Source: Cyanidioschyzon merolae (Eukaryota). From it: DNA of 64,000 bases. The DNA lies in assembly GCA_000091205.1 (NCBI GenBank), contig AP006483.2; one strand, written 5' to 3'. Below are positions 62,535 through 64,000 of the stretch, piece after piece. Positions within the stretch are counted from its first letter, which is position 1. Each line of letters opens with the position of its first letter. A model generated the notes under the pieces. The model had not been told where the DNA came from. It saw only the letters and a list, made by a program, of their open reading frames with translations, and did no database searches. The translations under genes were made by a program, and so were the position numbers.

Positions 62535-64000
62535 TTACAAGTATAGAGACGCAGCGAAAACTATATCTCGATGAAGTAGTGCACTGCTCTGGGCAAACTT
62601 GGCACTCAGAGCTGCGTCGCCTACTGAATCAACCGCGTTACGAAGCTGCTGGAGGACCTCATCGACCCGGCGCATGCAGCGTATGAGACTTCCCTCAAAA
62701 ACTTTCGCAAGTTTCAAGGCTTCAGAGAATGGCTGGCCTTTGCACCACGCATGAATAGCGGAAATGATGTTGGGGTCCCAGTTTGGTTCCTCACAAACGT
62801 ATTCCCATCGCAGACCGGCGTCTCTTTGGACTCGGGCAATACGGCCCACGACGCGGTGAATATCCTGCTGTACCTTTTGCAAATGTTCTCTGATATCCGC
62901 ATCTTCTGCTACAGCCATTTGGCTGTCTTTGGCTTTCTCATCCAGCACAAAACCGCTCAGAATGGCCGGTATCAGGGGCTCTGGCATGTCCCTGAGGATG
63001 CCTTCGAAGATGCATTCAGTCAAGATGAGTTCGTTTGCTGCGCTGATCTCGCAGCATACGCGGCCCTTGGGAGAGAGCTGTTTGTTTTCGTCGAGGTAAC
63101 CGAGCGCGTGAAGAACCCGATTCATCGCTTCGAGCTCGGCAGCATGAATAAGATGACTTCTGACACGTAAGTCCCTCTGGATTTTCTCCGCTTGTGGAGC
63201 AAGTTGGAGACGCAGCCCATAGAGTTTGATATCCTCATGTAACTCGGGTTTCGATGCAGCGCACTTGCGCATTTCCTGCACTAAGCATCGGCGTTCGTGC
63301 ATCAACGCACGCAAACTTTTTTCCCGAATGCCAAAGTCGTAAATCGGGTCCAAGAGCGGCAAGCCGCCGCCAACCGAGGCGTAATGGCGCTCTGCCGACT
63401 GCACGCGTTCGCTGATGATGGAGCGACTCATTTCTGTATCGACTGTTTCGGGCATTTCGATGCAAACCGCCGATATCAACTGGATCAGTGAGCGTTGCAA
63501 GTTTTGTAGACGCCATACACCGTCGACTTTTCTTCGGAATACGGAAAATCCGTGTGTCTTATTCGGAAGGCCGCAGCATTTTGGATCCATAACGACGGAC
63601 CAGTGCTGGTCATCCCGTAGTTTCAGAAGCCGACCATTCTTCAAAAATAAGTCAACATTCTCGCACCGGTAGTAGCGTGATATGTTCCGGTCTATTTCAG
63701 CTAATCTCTGATTCAATTTGTAGAATTGCTCCACCTCTTCTTCTTCGTGTGTAAAGTGCATTTGCTTCATTTCGGCCTCTAGGTTTTCCAATTCCGCAAC
63801 CGCGTTTTCCGCCCGTTTCACTGCCTGAAATTGGGCGAAGGACCGGACCATAATTTGCTCCGGACGAGACTCCTCTGACCGTTGTAAATTCAGTAGCATA
63901 TTGTAGCCAAGGCGGAAAGCGCTGGTCAACTCGTCCGGACGACCAGAGAGGATTCGACGCAGGCAATCCTCGTTGGTGTCATCTTCCAGTCTCAGAATCA
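62535..64000 (-). CDS. MTR4: MTR4-like DExH RNA helicase, C-terminal half (arch/KOW domain plus DSHCT). The N-terminal half lies beyond the right edge of the window.
   Basis: The minus-strand frame is open to nt 64000 (...EDDTNEDCLRRILSGRPDELTSAFRLGYNMLLNLQRSEE). It ends with EGSLIRCMRRVDEVLQQL...LHRDIVFAASLYL, which is the Mtr4-type DSHCT (compare EGSLIRMFKRLEE...IHRDIVSAGSLYL). The track start at 63929 is TTG. Confidence 0.85.
   Translation of the reverse strand, partial: ILRLEDDTNEDCLRRILSGRPDELTSAFRLGYNMLLNLQRSEESRPEQIMVRSFAQFQAVKRAENAVAELENLEAEMKQMHFTHEEEEVEQFYKLNQRLAEIDRNISRYYRCENVDLFLKNGRLLKLRDDQHWSVVMDPKCCGLPNKTHGFSVFRRKVDGVWRLQNLQRSLIQLISAVCIEMPETVDTEMSRSIISERVQSAERHYASVGGGLPLLDPIYDFGIREKSLRALMHERRCLVQEMRKCAASKPELHEDIKLYGLRLQLAPQAEKIQRDLRVRSHLIHAAELEAMNRVLHALGYLDENKQLSPKGRVCCEISAANELILTECIFEGILRDMPEPLIPAILSGFVLDEKAKDSQMAVAEDADIREHLQKVQQDIHRVVGRIARVQRDAGLRWEYVCEEPNWDPNIISAIHAWCKGQPFSEALKLAKVFEGSLIRCMRRVDEVLQQLRNAVDSVGDAALSAKFAQSSALLHRDIVFAASLYL

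Noticed and set aside
26-63929. ORF-track start coordinates taken at face value.
   Set aside because: Many track starts are GTG or TTG. I checked 26, 8531, 12992, 38518, 47477, 51902, 57837 and 63929. In a eukaryotic nuclear gene these are not initiation codons. The starts were moved to the first in-frame ATG, or the ORF was extended to the window edge.
1-64000. Prokaryotic feature classes (CRISPR arrays, rRNA operons, Shine-Dalgarno-led operons, phage integrases).
   Set aside because: None present. No short regular direct-repeat/spacer arrays. Gene products and presequences are eukaryotic, and the genes are monocistronic with kilobase-scale intergenic spacers.

Overview
The window reads as GC-rich (~55-58% by eye), intron-poor eukaryotic nuclear DNA. 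I found no bacterial operons, no rRNA genes and no CRISPR arrays. Intact eukaryotic housekeeping genes sit in single ORFs. Several products carry N-terminal organelle presequences (HSP90C, a CPP1/CDF1-like J-like protein, a TatB/Hcf106-like protein, a TMEM14/FAX-like protein, a bacterial-type L32). The HSP90C presequence is a simple transit peptide with Phe near the N-terminus (MTARNTF...). I therefore infer a photosynthetic eukaryote with a primary plastid, most plausibly a compact-genome red alga, but taxon assignment is inference only.

The supplied ORF track uses GTG/TTG as well as ATG starts. I re-anchored each gene to its first plausible in-frame ATG, which I checked in the sequence.

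The 15 confident genes are: a large partial low-complexity protein (2-4312, +); an orphan 311-aa protein (-); an ABC1/UbiB kinase fused to a beta-lactamase domain (+); a SKI2-like helicase (+); plastid-type HSP90C (+); a Pol-iota-like Y-family DNA polymerase (-); a rhomboid protease with two C-terminal UBA domains (+); CPP1/CDF1-like (-); TatB/Hcf106-like (+); SMC6 (+); organellar bL32 (-, missed by size filters); HMG-CoA lyase (+); a SOUL haem-binding protein (+); TMEM14 (-); and the 3' half of an MTR4-like helicase running off the right edge (-).

The most unusual structure is repeat architecture. Two different, ~99-100% identical direct-repeat pairs sit in series: an 876-bp pair at 31434-32309 and 41170-42045, and a 1364-bp pair at 43127-44490 and 51981-53344. 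Each pair brackets an 8-9 kb block of ordinary host genes. Each repeat type also has older, 75-80% identical copies elsewhere in the window: an inverted one at ~11200-12200, and copies at ~55090-55500 and 58440-58545. A third short family links 25868-26010 with 61826-61950, next to a degraded non-LTR reverse-transcriptase remnant.

Other notable points: two RNA-exosome helicase paralogues (SKI2-like and MTR4-like) in one window; a Pol-iota-type motif in a likely non-metazoan; a cluster of five CTGATCGATG palindromic motifs just upstream of the ABC1K gene; and an acidic tandem-repeat ORF whose repeat units differ mostly by synonymous changes.
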